In this document: in pieces, positions 1 to 16,483 of the stretch
How the letters are laid out: every line of letters begins with the position of its first letter
Position numbering within the stretch: the stretch's first letter is position 1
Assembly: GCF_009914755.1 (NCBI RefSeq)
Contig: NC_060944.1
Source: the human T2T-CHM13v2.0 reference genome, Homo sapiens
Reading direction: 5' to 3' (one strand)
DNA: 64,000 bases
The notes under the pieces: model-generated
The model's input: the letters and a program-made list of their open reading frames with translations, nothing else
Database searches by the model: none
Told to the model about the DNA's origin: nothing
Program-made: the position numbers and the translations under genes

Positions 1-2364
1 TTTTGAGAATTCCTCAAGTCAGGGGGCACTCCTAGGGGAATTCAAGTCTACGTGTAGGACATACTTTGAAATGAGACTGCTGAGTTTGCATCTTGGTCCT
101 ACCATGTAAGGGCTGTATGAGCTCAGACCCGTTACCTATTCCCTCTGACCCTGAGTTTCCTGATCTATAGAACCAATTGACCCCCGTAGAACTGTTGCGG
201 GAACAAAAAGAGATAACTCAGGGTAAACGACCCACAATGCTGGCACAGCATATATGCTCAGTAAATAAGAGGTCGTTATTACTTTGTATTAATGTGATTA
301 TTAACTATGCTGAAAAAGGCAGACCTCACACTTTCAGATATGGCCTTGCCCTGGGGTTACTCACAGTGTTGCGGGGAATGAAGTCCAGGCTAAGGGACTG
401 AGTGCTGGGCATGAAGGACACACCGAGGGTTGTGGGGTTCGGAGATGTAGGAGAGGCTTGGGTAGGGGCATCAGGGTGGGCTTCCTGGAGGTGGCCCCTG
501 GGCAGGGTCATAATCATGTCAAGATTAAGGTCCTAAGAAACACCTGTTTCTAAAGAGCTTATCGTGCTCCCTTTTCTCAGTATAACTACATAAGAGCTCA
601 CTGAAGTTCAGCTTTTTATCTTCATGACTTCAATGGTCTCTTTGGGATGTCAAATATCAAGTTCTTTCCCCCAAAAAGTTCATTGAGCTCACATTAAATC
701 TGCTTATTGCTCCACCCAGGCCAGGAACAGAAGCCCTAGAGCTTGCTCAAGCATGAATGGAGGATGGAAGTGGAGGCTTAGGGGCAGGGGGGTGACCAGG
801 GGAACCCTAGCGAGCAGGGCAGCCTGACCTGGGGGTGGAGGGAAGGGTCTGAGCCCGAGCCAGGGCCGTTGCTGCCTCTGGGCCTCTTGAGTCTGGCTCT
901 GAGCCTGTCAGCTTTGGTTTTTCCTCAGTGGGGACCACCTTTCTGTTTTCTACGGACATAGCTGGACACAGTGGTCCTCCGCACATGCTCCCTCCAGAAC
1001 CCATCTAGCATCTCTGATTCCCAAAGCCAAATCCTGGGAAAAAAGAATCTTATTGGTTACCTTGAGTCACGTGTCTATCGCCTCAACCAGTCAGCCTACA
1101 ACCAGTGGCCGGTGGCACGGTAGAAGCAGAACTGATGGGTGGAGGTTGTTGGACATTTACTATGGATAGGTAATACTTTGACATGTAGAAAAGGGAGAAG
1201 CCTTTTCCAGGAGGAGGGTACAGCATGGGCAAAGGCTTTGGCGGCAGAGAATCGGGTGCTTAGTGTGGCGAACACCGAGTGGCTAAGTTCCTATTAGCCT
1301 TCCTGTGGCTGCTAGAAGGGCAGCTCCCTTAGCCACAACCCTGCCCCTGTGCCTGGAGCCACAGACACGGCCCAGAGAGGGCAGTCCGGTGAATCAGCAG
1401 CAGAACCCAAGCTCAAACTCCTACCTCCTTTTTCCCAGTCCATGCTTGAGTGTCTAAGGCATAGGAGGGAGTGGGGGGAGAGGAACAGGGAGAATGAAAT
1501 CAAGAAATAACAGGCTTCACAGGAGCGGTAATGACATTTTAACTTAAAAATTGCAAGGAGATGGGGGCTGCGGAGGTGTATGCAAATTTCATGTAGATGA
1601 GATGCAAATGAGCCTGCCTGCTCCTGCCTGGCGCACCTGGATGTGGCTCAGTGACAAATCCTAATGGGCTCTGCGTGGCTGTGTGATTGATTAGCAAGGC
1701 CGGCTGGGATGACAACTGCACTCCTCTCCTGGGAGCTGGGGGAGAGGTGAGACTCTGTTTCTAGGCAGACCTGAACCCCCTCTGATAGGGGACCCTGAGG
1801 GGTGGCTCTACTAGTTCAAGGATAGCAAATTTAGGGCACATCTACTACTTATATCCCTGCCAGCACCCATGGCAGACATCATTAATCAAACATAGAATTC
1901 TTTCTTACTGAGCCAACCAGGTGCTGTAGGCAGCCCCTACTAATCGAAAAGATTTGGCATTCATCCTTTCATTCATTCATCTGACAAACTTTGTTAAGTT
2001 TCTTCCCTGTGCCAAACATACATTGAACAGGTAGACTCAATTTCTGCTCTCATGAAACTCACAGTTTAGTAGGGGATATAAGCATTAAATAAAATATTGC
2101 AAAATGGCAATCGAGATACATGCTATGAAGGAGAAGTACCTGGTTTTTAACAAAAGAGGATTTTGACCACTTCAGAGTGGTCAGGAAAGGCTGAACCTCT
2201 TGCTGGTATCTGAAGGATAAGGAGGGCTTAGCTAGTTGACAAGGCTGAAGCCTTAAGATGAGAAAGAGCTTGTAGCAGACACTGTCAGTGCTACACCCAG
2301 ATACCCTATGATCACTTCTTGTTGCTGTGCTTCCCTCCTCTGGCTTCTCTGTGTGTGTATGTCT

Positions 2365-6170
<3,806 letters not shown>

Positions 6171-6239
6171 AATTTACTATTATTAATAGTAGTATTTAGC
6201 TGTGAGAGCTTTTTACATATTATTGATACAGAATATTAT

Positions 6240-6535
6240 CTTTTATGGGCCCACACTTGCAACTCTCTTCCAAGGTCTGCCCTGGAGCTACCAGACTCTG
6301 CTTTGTGCCACATGATTCTGCAGAAAGCCTGAAGTGCCTTGGAGGTGTAAAATGTCCTCCAGAGTTCCCCCACGCAGTCAGGCAGAGGCAGGGACTTGGT
6401 CTGAAATTGCACCTTGGCTTCCCTCCCTTCCCTGTTCTGCTTGCCTTTCTGGTTTCTCTTGTGATCACCTCTTCAATGAATCACCTGTACCTGAATCCTC
6501 ACCCCCAGGTCCACTTCTGGGGAACCTGACCCCAG
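6240..6535 (+). mobile_element. LTR16-like (ERVL) LTR fragment
   Basis: Ends in ttctggggaacctgacc, typical of LTR16; recognised by eye. Confidence 0.5.
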
Positions 6536-8921
6536 AAAAAGCTTGGAATGGCTGAGGAAATGAAAACAAGTTAGTGCTTCTGGAACTCAGAAGACATGGA
6601 GATTGAGATGAGGCTGAAGTGGAGGGCAGAGGCTGACAACACAGGCTTTGTAGATCACAGAAAGGTTGGATTTTCTATCTGGAGAGCTATGAGGTGCTAC
6701 TGTTCAGGGTTAAGCGGGGCTGACATTATATTACATTTTGAAATACCCCTCTAGTTTCTGGGTGGAGAACAGATGAAGGGGATCCAAGTGACTGCAGGAA
6801 GACCACTGCGGACCCTGTTATAGTTGTCTGGGGCTAGAGGATGGAGGCTGGGATGAGGGTGAGGACGATGGAGGGAGAGAGAAGTAGAAGATAACAGAGA
6901 GATCAGGAGAGTGGATTTAGGGGTTAAGGGGAGGTTTGAGGACAACTTGCAAGTTTCCAGCCTGGGTACCTGGATGGATGGTCAGTGCACAGAGAGGGAA
7001 GCAGGACTGGAAGGGCAGGTCAGAGATTCCACATGCAAAACACCACCAGTTTTCCTTCCTGGTCTGACCTAATCCCTCCATTTCACAGATGGGGAAAGGA
7101 GGTCCTAAGGAAGTACCTGACTACCCAGAGTTCCCCAGCATGCCCCAGGCAGAGGGCAATGGGACCCCCAGAGTCCTGCCGCCTATCCAGAGCACTTACC
7201 CTACAGGGGACTCTCTGGCTCTGGCCTCAGAGAGCTATTTTCAGCTGGGGTTTGAGACGAGGCAAATTTGTCCTGGGCTGGAGGCCAATTCACAGCCCCT
7301 GGAGAACAGGACATCTCTGCTTTATGAGGTCAGACTGTATTCTGACCCCAGCCAGCCACCCTGTCTGGGTCTAAAGTGGGTGTGACAGCCACCCTGTCTG
7401 TGTCACAAGGGTGTGAGGGGCCTACCTCAAAGTGGCTGACAAAACACACGCTCATCCACAATCCTGGGTTTGGCATTGATCCAGAACCAGGCCCAGACCC
7501 TGTGCTTTCCCCTTCTTGGCCCCTTTCCTGGCTGTGTGACCTTGGGCAAGTCATTGCCCCTCTCCAGGCTTTAGTCTTCCCATCTGTAAAATGGGGCCAT
7601 CTCAGAGTATGACTTCTGTGACCCAAAGGGTTGTAGTAAATATCAGATGGGAAATAGATGGACAAAAAGTGCTTTGCGAACTGTAAAGTGCCTAGACTTC
7701 TATTGGGGCTCAGTCCTATGTCTGCCCCACATCACTGCCCAGCAGTGAAAAGTCTTTTCAAAGCTTTGTTCCTTCACAAGATGGCTACTCCTCTGGAAAG
7801 GAAGAAGTCTTGGTGTGGAACACAAGGATCCAGAGATCTTATTTTCCTGACCCAGCAGGCTTGGCAAATCCAGTGGACAGATGGAAAAACTGAGGAGCAC
7901 CTATCTACTCAGAGGCACTAGGCTGTTAAGCCTGGATTCAAAAGCAGGGCTCTCCAAGATGAGAAAGATCCTCATCCATCCAACGCCTCCATTGGAAAGA
8001 TGGGGTAAACTGAGCACCAGAGAGAGGAAGCAACCTGCCTCGGGTGACCAGGCCATCAGCAACAGGGCAGAGTGGCACCTGAAGTGCCTGACTTCCAGGC
8101 TGTGCTTCTCTTTCTGTCTCTTGCCTACCAGCCCCTTGAGCTTGAAAAAAGTGTTCCCATCACAGTGGGATGTTGACAGTCACATCACTGGCTGACTTGG
8201 GGTTCCTTGAAAGCCCATCTTCTTCCACCACAGCAGGCTTCAAACTTTGTTTAAAAATCCCATGGAGGGGCACTGTGGCCTCTGCCTCCTCAGAGCAGTC
8301 TCTCAGGGGCTGAGGCTTTGCTGATTCAAAGCTATGTCATCACTCGCAGGGAATCTCTGGGGGAGGCCATGCCATGCCATGCCCCTACTGTGGGCATATT
8401 TGGGCAAAGTCAATAAACTAGGCCCAGATCAAGTCCAGCTCTGCCCCTCACTGTGGCACTGGGCAAGGTACCTCCAAATCTCTCTGAGTTTCAGCTTTGT
8501 CCTCAGTAAAATAGGGTGGAATCAGTCCTCATAATGTTGTAAAAAAAATTCAACAAGCCCTGTAAAGCTTTTAGAGGATTTAGCTCAAAGCTAGGCACAA
8601 AGAAAATGCAAAAGAAATGTTAGCTGTTATTATTCGATATTTTTATACATTGTTACTCATTATGACATTTCATTTCTGCATTCCCTTCTTCCCCAGGGGA
8701 TGCAGTGAGGGGAGAGATTGTTGGGGTACAGTTCTTTCTGGGGACAGAGGGATGCACAAGGTAACCTTGGGGACTCCTCCCGCCCAAGTATTCTTAGATT
8801 ACCTGTGCCCGCTTTGCCCCCCTTCCTTCTAGCAGTAGCTGTGGTCTCTCACAAGTCAGTTTCCATCCCAGCACCCCAGTTTCTGTGGCTCCCTGCCTGT
8901 GGTACCCACTGGCTGGATGCT

Positions 8922-8935
8922 GTTGCTATGGCAAC
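8922..8935. promoter_or_regulatory. RFX X-box
   Basis: GTTGCTATGGCAAC within the 24-nt palindrome ATGCTGTTGC-TATG-GCAACAGCAT. Confidence 0.55.
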
Positions 8936-10149
8936 AGCATTTTAAAAGCCGTCGGCCCTCTCTGAGGCAACAGGCATGGATGGAGATGGGCTGATCAACG
9001 CCTCTTGCATCTTTGGGCCTGTCTGGATGGAAGGCAGGGAGGGGAATGCAAGAATCAAACCTGGCTTTGGGTGGAGGACTCAGGCCCCAGCCCCGGGTGT
9101 TCCCCAAATGCACCCCCACTTTGCTGAGTCACACAGGAAGAGCACTTGGCTACAAACGCAGATTCCAGCCACCTGCCAGCACCAAGAGTCTATTTTAATG
9201 TCTGGGGTAGGATTCCCTAGGAAGCCTTTTGACCGGCTCTGCTCATGGCTCTGAGGCAGGCAGGCCCTAGACCACACCTGGGGAAGTCTTCAGTCTTGGA
9301 AGATTCCTGAAGCCATTTTAGGTATCAAGTGTGTGACTCTTGGCTGAGACAGCTCCTGAGAAGCCCTAGTTGTCCTCCTGTGCCTGGCCCAGGCCTGCCT
9401 CTCTCCCCTTCACAGCCTCATTGTGGGGGACCTGTGCCCCACAGCCTCTTTCTGGAGCCAGGAAAATTCAGAGCTAGGTGACCAAGAGGCCACTTCAGTA
9501 ATGCATCCTACTGCAGAGGTAAGGCAAACACTTTCAGCTTAATGACACTCCAGAGAGGCGCTGGCAGGGGCCACTCTGGCCAGTATGAAGGGTGGGGCTT
9601 CTGGATGCTCCATCTAAGATCCGACAGATAGGCCCCTTCCCACGGTCCCCAACCACCAGGACCCAGCTGCCCACAGAACCCCAATGGTACTGGGCCACAG
9701 AGGCTGGGCATAGAGAAGTGGAAGTTGGGCAGGGAAGGGGACAGAAGACATTGAGTTCAGGGAGGCTTGGTGGGGAGGTGAGAGAGAGGAGGGACCTCTA
9801 AGGCGGAGAGGATTCTCTCTGGAGGACAAGGACAAGGTTCCACAGGGTTCCTTGAACTTGAGAATGAAGGTCCCATGCCTGCTGAAGAGGCCTTGTGAGA
9901 CAGGGAGCACAGAAGACATGTCCTTCCTTTCTAAGCACAGGAACCGGCCTCTGGCTCCAGGAGGCAATTCTCTTTGCCAAGACCAATGGAGCTGGCTGTG
10001 CGTGCTGTCTACGAGTGCCAGCTCCTGAGGGTTGGCAGATAAATGCTCTGGATGCCTCACGCCTCAGGGGGTGTTCAAGGATTCCATGCTGTCTTTCAGA
10101 GATCTCCAGAAAGATCCAGCTACAGTTGCCAACATGGAAATTTGTATGA

Positions 10150-10560
10150 GGGTGGGGCACAGTGGCTCATACGTATAATCCCAGCACTTTGGGAGGCTGA
10201 GTCCAGAGGATCACTTGAGCTTGAGATCAGCCTGCCTGGGCAACATAGCAAGACCCCATGTCTACAAAAAATAAATAAATAATAAGCTGAGCATGGTGGT
10301 GCATAACTGTAGTCCCAGCTACTTAGGAGGCTGAGGTGGGAGGATTGGTTGAACCCAGGAATTTAAGGCTATGATTGCACCACTGCACTCCAGCCTGGAC
10401 ACCAGAGTGAGACCCTGTCTCTGGTGGGGTCGGGGGGGGTGGGCGGAAAAGGCAATCCCAGCACTTTGGCAGGCCAAGGCAAGAGGATCACTTGAGCCCA
10501 GGAGTTTGAGACCAGCCTGGGCAATGTAGTGAGGCCCCATCTCTAAACATAAAATACAAT
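10150..10560 (+). mobile_element. AluJ-like element plus a partial left monomer in the 3' UTR
   Basis: Alu consensus blocks at 10150-10421 and 10454-10545. Confidence 0.88.
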
Positions 10561-10607
10561 GAAGTTTTAAAAATTAAAAAAAAGAAAATTTGCTTGACAA
10601 CATACTC

Positions 10608-10613
10608 TTTATT
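10608..10613 (-). terminator. Candidate proximal poly(A) signal AATAAA
   Basis: TTTATT on plus; downstream on minus is GTATGTTGTC...TTTTCTTTTTTTTAATTTTT (GU/U-rich). Confidence 0.5.
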
Positions 10614-11158
10614 CCCTTTGCAGATTCGCCTCCTACTCCCCCAGCAGAGGTTCCTGGATCAGCACCAAACACACTGATCCTTAAATCCTCATCTCAGGGT
10701 CCATTTTCCTGGAATCCAAGACAAGGAAGCACTCCCGAATCTCCCCGAGGATTCTGCCTAAGGGCAACACTGGCCCTCGTACCCGAGGGGAGAGCTGTGT
10801 ATGTTCCTGAGCTGCAGGTGGGTGTCTGCCTGCCTGCGAGCGAGACCTCTGGAGGGGTCTGTGCCGACAGGTCTTTCCACAATGAGAGCCTGGAGGGATG
10901 GAGCCAATCACACCATTTATTGTGCCCTGGTTCTGACGCCCACTCTTGCTATTCTGCATGGGTGAAGATCGGGTCTTCCAGGAGTTTTCTGGAGCCAGGG
11001 GCAGGTCGACAGTTCTCATCCTCCCAGCAGAGGCAGAATGTAAAACCAGTGCTCCATGGTGACGTCTCACTGGGACTGACCAGAGCTCCCAGCTACCCCT
11101 CCAGCTGGGCCCTGGCCCAGTGCTCCTGGAGGCTGGTGCGACTGAAGGGGCCTCTCAG

Positions 11159-11860
11159 CTAGAGGGAGGCAAGGGGACTTGTCTGGGGTGAGTCCTCAAG
11201 GGATGTCTGTGAGTCTGTCCCCTCTGAGGAGAAGCTGCCCCCAGTGAGGCGAGGGACCTGGCTCTGCCTGGGGGGCTGCTGCCGGAAGAAGGTGGTGGCA
11301 AGCAAATGCTCGCGGGCAGGGTCAGGCAGCTTGTGGGAGCCTTTGCCGTCTTCAGCCTCTGCAGCCTGGCCAGCTTCCTGGGGTGGAGAGCCTGCCTGGA
11401 AAGTTCTGTTCTGTTCCCCTCTGGGGGGCCCAGGAGGCCAATAGGACTTTGGCAAATGGTCCATGCCCAGTGAGTCTAGTGGAGGCTGATCCCACCTCCC
11501 CTTGGAAGTGACCTCTACACTCACACCCTGGCCCTTGGCTGCCACCCCTCTTCGTTCTGGGCGCGCTGAGTGAGCAGCTGGAGCCTCTGGGCAAGAGCTG
11601 TGGGTCAGTGCCTTCTCCAGGAGCATCCGGATCTCCTCATGCCTGATCCGGGCCTCCTCCCATAGCTCCTGGCCCAGGCCTGCCCGGCTCAGGGAGGCCA
11701 CCTGCAGCCCCACGGCTGCGAGCTTCTCAGCAGGGAACTCAGATGCCAGTCGCTGCAGGTAGCGGTGGAGGCGGCGCTGGTCCCCAGGACTGACCCTTGA
11801 GGTCTTGTCCAGCCTGAGCTGGGCCATCAGGTCCTGACAGTCCATGTGGAACCAGGTCAT
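11159..11860 (-). CDS. KIAA1755: KIAA1755 exon 14 coding part (MTWFHMDC...SPLASL*)
   Basis: cccag|ATG ACC TGG; equals ORF 11159..11860 (233 aa), ends in TAG. Confidence 0.95.
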   Translation of the reverse strand: MTWFHMDCQDLMAQLRLDKTSRVSPGDQRRLHRYLQRLASEFPAEKLAAVGLQVASLSRAGLGQELWEEARIRHEEIRMLLEKALTHSSCPEAPAAHSARPERRGVAAKGQGVSVEVTSKGRWDQPPLDSLGMDHLPKSYWPPGPPRGEQNRTFQAGSPPQEAGQAAEAEDGKGSHKLPDPAREHLLATTFFRQQPPRQSQVPRLTGGSFSSEGTDSQTSLEDSPQTSPLASL

Positions 11861-11967
11861 CTGGGGGACAAGAAGAGAGGGAGGTGGGGGCTCAGGCTGG
11901 AAGTGGGACCATGGAGGACTGAATTAATAAGTGCCCAATGCCAGGGCCCCGCTCAGCTTGGCCATGA

Positions 11968-12367
<400 letters not shown>

Positions 12368-13529
12368 CATCAGACACCTTCTAATAGACCTACGGGCCAG
12401 CAGGGACTTAGCCCTCTCTGGGGCTCAGTTTCTTCTTCTGTAAAATGGAAGTTGCACTAGATGATCATGAAAAGCCTTTTGAGAGGTGAAATTCCTCTCC
12501 ATGGTTGTATTAACCCTTGAGAGTGCTGTGAGGGAGGAGTCTGCCTAATGCTTATTGAGCACTGACCGTTTGCCAGGTTCTGTGTGTCTCAGGCAGGATT
12601 GCACTGAACTGCACCAGCAGCCCATTTCACAGAGAAGAAAACTGAGGCTCAGAGAAGTGAACTCACTTGCCCTAGGTCACATAGCAAGTCAGGGAGGAGC
12701 TGGGATTCCACCTCTGATCTGTCCTCCAAGCACCTTCATGGGCAGAAGGAGAAACCGGCCAGGCAGGGGTGTGCCCTCACCATCACACCTTGAGACTGTC
12801 AGCCACACCAGGCCCGCAGGCCCCCTCCCTCCAGCCGAGCCTCTGCCTCATTTTGTGATTCTGTCTGTCCCCGCTTCCCCCACAAAACGTCTGCAGACTG
12901 CAAAGAAGCCAACACGTTCCCAGCCGCTCGTGAAAAACATAATCTTTCTCTCCATTAATTTAGAACCCGATAGCGAGCTGTTAGGCTGTAGGGATTGGAG
13001 AACCATTTTCTCCGAAGAGACCATCTTTCCACGGATTAAGGGAACTTGACTTTAGATAAATGGCTTCATATTCGTGCAAGCACACGGAGCTCATGGCCGG
13101 GAAAGAGCTCCATAAATCTCCGTTAGTGGCACCATTGTGTTATTATTATTTAGGACCAAAGCTGCTGCACACACGCTCCCCACCAGGGGCTGAGCCTGGT
13201 GCTGGGCTGTCCCATCATCTGTCTGTGTGTCCAGGACTTGACCTTCCAGGCTAAGCTGGACAGAGATGGATAGCACCTCAGAAATCATCTTGCCCAACCC
13301 CTTATTGAACGGATTGAAATTCAGGGCCAGTGAGGAAACAGGGCCAGCCCAGTTCCAACAGCGAGAGTTGGACTCAGAGTCAGGGTTGCTACCTCCCCCG
13401 TATGACTTCTAGGCCTGGCACAGACGCCACCTCCACACAGGCCATCCCCAGGCTTCCAGCCTATCCTGACTCCCCGCACAGCCTCCCTGAGACCTTGTGG
13501 GCCGAGCCCGTGCCAGGCACCATGGATAG

Positions 13530-13880
13530 AGCCAGGACCAACTCGAACCCAGTCCCTGTCTCAGGGAGCTCGCCTCGCAGGCACCATGCAAGAGACAAGC
13601 GAGTGACAAGGACCAGGACAACTTCAGGTCAAAGTGAGCACCCAGAAGCGACAAAACAGGGTGACGAGAGAGAACCAGAGTGGGCAGTCAGAAAGGGTGT
13701 CTGCAAAGAGGGGATGTGTGAGCTGAGAGCGGAAGAAAGACAAGAAGCCAGCCGGTCAACGGGAAGAGCTTCCCAGGCTGAGGGAACAGCACGTGCAAAG
13801 ACCTCAGAGTTGGAGCACGTTTGATCGATCCGGGAAGGCCAGTGGGGCTGAAATTGGCTGAAATCAGTGGGCAAGGCAAA
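13530..13880 (+). mobile_element. L2 3' fragment
   Basis: cccaggctgagggaacagcacgtgcaaag motif. Confidence 0.6.
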
Positions 13881-14029
13881 GAAGCTACCAGATGTCTTTA
13901 ACCCTGGAGGCACTACTCCTCTTCTTCCTCCTCTTAATGATAATAATAATATTGATGTTAATAACAATTCTGAATTTGAACAAAGCCCTGTGCCAGGGGT
14001 TACTTCCATTGAAATCTGTCATTAGCTGG

Positions 14030-14250
14030 TAAGGCTGGCAGTAGAGCCAGATGGTCTGGGTTTGAATCTCTGCCCACTCAGTTAGCTGTGTGACCCTGGG
14101 TGAGTTATCTGACCTCTCTGTTTCCTTAGGTGGAAATGGGCATAATAGTAGTACCTGTCTCATAGGATCGGGGCGACAATAAAATGATACGTGAAATGAC
14201 TAGAACAGGGCCTGGCTTGTCATAAGAACTACACGGCCATTAACTATGGT
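14030..14250 (+). mobile_element. MIR
   Basis: ctgggtttgaatc...gctgtgtgaccctgg...ctctctgtttcct core; many other MIR fragments in the window are not listed. Confidence 0.7.
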
Positions 14251-15369
14251 CTTAGCAAAGAGCTGAGGCCTAGAGCAGTGAAGACTGTGGTTGAGGTCAC
14301 AGAGCTCACGCAAGGACATGAAGCCCCAGACTCCAAGGCTCGGATTCCGCCTGTATCGTGCTCTTAACTGTACACAGCTGGAACTGGGGGAGCCCTTTGC
14401 TGCCACTGCCAACATCTGCCTCCCTTGCCCACTGTCCCAAGGAGACAGAGAGTGCCCTGTCCTCCCAGGGCCCCAGGCGTGAGTTGACCAGAGTCCCTCC
14501 TGCTGCCCTCTGAAGCAGCCTGTGATCGCTGTGGCCTGCACGTGGGGCTGGCCTGACAGCTGGGAGGCTGGGGTCAGGTCTTTCTCATGCTTTGTACTTG
14601 GTGACAAGTGCAAGGGGCAGCCAAGGGCACTGGGTCTGGGCCAGCCATGGGGGTCCCTGTCCCAGCTGGACCACACTCTCCCAGGCTGCTCCTTTGTCCC
14701 CACAGACCTCAGTTTTCCCATAATTTTTTTTTAAAGAGAGATTTGGCTACATGAATTTAGGACAGGTGGCAGCTCCTAAATCAAATCATCCTTCACCACT
14801 GCCCTCTTTGGGCAGTTTTCTCATCTGTAAAATGGGAACAACATTGGTTCCCTGTCATCAAAGAGGTATGGATAAGAATGAAGTCAAGTAAGGTGTGTGA
14901 AGTGCTCACAGGAGGTCTGGCATGGTGTACACACTCAGAAATGTGCACTCCCCTCCCAACAACCCCTCATCCTCACCATGGTCAAGCCTGCTTGGTGAAG
15001 GGATCTGTCGTCATTTCTCTTCTCTTTGGGGAAGCATATAAGGCATGTCACGGGGTACCACAGACACATCTATGTTCAAATCTCAGCTCTTCCCCTTCCT
15101 CTGTTTTTTTCCTGTTACAAGACTTGGGGAGTGAATCACGATGAGCCTCCGACTGTGTCTGGGTATCCCTGTCCCTGCTGTGCCCCCAGCCAGGGGATGG
15201 GGGTGGTGTCTGTGCAAGTGGGTGGGGGGGGGCTGTGTCTAGGTATCCAAGGGATGGGGGCGGTGTCTATGCAGTCAGGCCATGGGGCTGTGTCTAGGTA
15301 TCCCTGTCCCCACCATAGCCCCAGCCAGGGGATCGGGGGGTATCTGTGCAGGTGGGCCGCGGGGCTCAC

Positions 15370-15591
15370 CCTCTTGCAGAAGCGGTGCAGGTGGAGCAGC
15401 GTCTCGAGGTCCGTGCGTTGCCGCTCGGCCGCCATGTAAAAGTGGGTCAGCTCAGCCTGGAAGGCCCGCTGGGTAGAGGCAAAGGCTGCCAGCTCTGGGA
15501 ACTCTGCACGTTCTGCCTCCCCAGCCCCTCTGGCTGTAGCTCCCAGCTGAGCGGCCTGCTTGGACAGCTCCAGGCCTCGGCGGTACTGGGC
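15370..15591 (-). CDS. KIAA1755: KIAA1755 exon 13 (AQYRRGLEL...HRFCKR)
   Basis: ctcag|GCC CAG ... AAG AGG|gtgagc; 222 nt. Confidence 0.93.
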
Positions 15592-16360
15592 CTGAGAGGG
15601 GAGAGGAGGGGGCGCCCACTCAGCACCCACCTTGGCTGGGGCCTCCCTCGGAGGTCAGCAACCTCCAGCTGCCTTGCTGGCGAGCCAGGAGACTTCCTGA
15701 GCTTCAGTTTCCTCATCTGTAGAATGGGGACCCTAATAGCACCCACCTCACAGGGCTTAGCTCCTGGTGAGGGTTGAACAATTAAGAGCAGTTATCACGC
15801 TTCTGGAAGTCTCCAGGCCCTCGCCATGGCAGTTCACTTTGCCTAGCCGGGCTCTGCTTAGATGTTCCTTCTGGAAAACTTCTCTGACTCCAAAGGCTCC
15901 TGCTCTGAGTCCCCACATTCTCCCTTACTGTGCGCTTCCCTGTTTGTCCCCGCCCCCGCCCCCGCTCCCCACTGGCCTGAGAATTCCTGAGCGCTGATAC
16001 GGGGCTGAATCACCCTGTGGTCCAGAGCCTTGTCACATCGCATCACGTTGATGCAGCTTCCCTGCCCTCCAACCCCCGGCTCTGTGAGGCTGAGTTATTA
16101 GGTCTAGGATGGGGCCCTGGAAACTGCATTTTAAGAAACCCTCTGGGGGATTCAGAATATTCTTTGGGCTTGGCCATCTGGTAAGAATCTCTGGGGGAGA
16201 TAACATCTCAGCTGAACTCTGCAATCCAAGCTGGTTCCCTCACTGTCTCTGGAACTTTTCTTGCTCTTTCCCACCTCCACAGCTTTGCCCTGGCAGTGCC
16301 ACCCCCTCTAACGCCCTCTCCATCTGCTCCAGTCCTGCTCCTCTGTTGTCTGGAACGCAC

Positions 16361-16483
16361 TGCAGCCTGGAGGAAGAAGTTCTCAAATTCTGCGTGGGCT
16401 TTCTCCACTGTCTCCAAACTTCCATCCTTGGGGGTCAGTGATTGCAGGCACCGCCTTCCTTCCTGCTCCATCCAGTCGCTGAC
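16361..16483 (-). CDS. KIAA1755: KIAA1755 exon 12 (VSDWMEQEG...FFLQAA), spectrin-repeat-like
   Basis: cccag|GTC AGC ... GCT GCA|gtgcgt; 123 nt; V-x-x-W helix and H-x-x-F pattern of spectrin repeats. Confidence 0.92.

Larger units (their letters stand above)
8620..11158 (-). other. KIAA1755: KIAA1755 3' UTR (long form, distal end approximate)
   Basis: Follows the stop codon. Candidate distal signal TATAAA (8642-8647, minus) overlapping TGTA and followed by a U-rich tract. The end point is inferred. Confidence 0.5.

Noticed and set aside
10590-11162. 190-aa plus-strand ORF antisense to the 3'UTR
   Set aside because: Starts at TTG, no recognisable domain; its stop merely overlaps the KIAA1755 stop region; consistent with chance in GC-rich DNA
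11159-11173. C-terminal LASL as a PDZ-binding or peroxisomal signal
   Set aside because: Position -2 is Ala (not S/T for class I PDZ) and -1 is Ser (not basic for PTS1)
11858-11860. ATG at the first base of exon 14 as an independent gene start
   Set aside because: Directly preceded by a polypyrimidine tract and CAG acceptor; it is internal Met968
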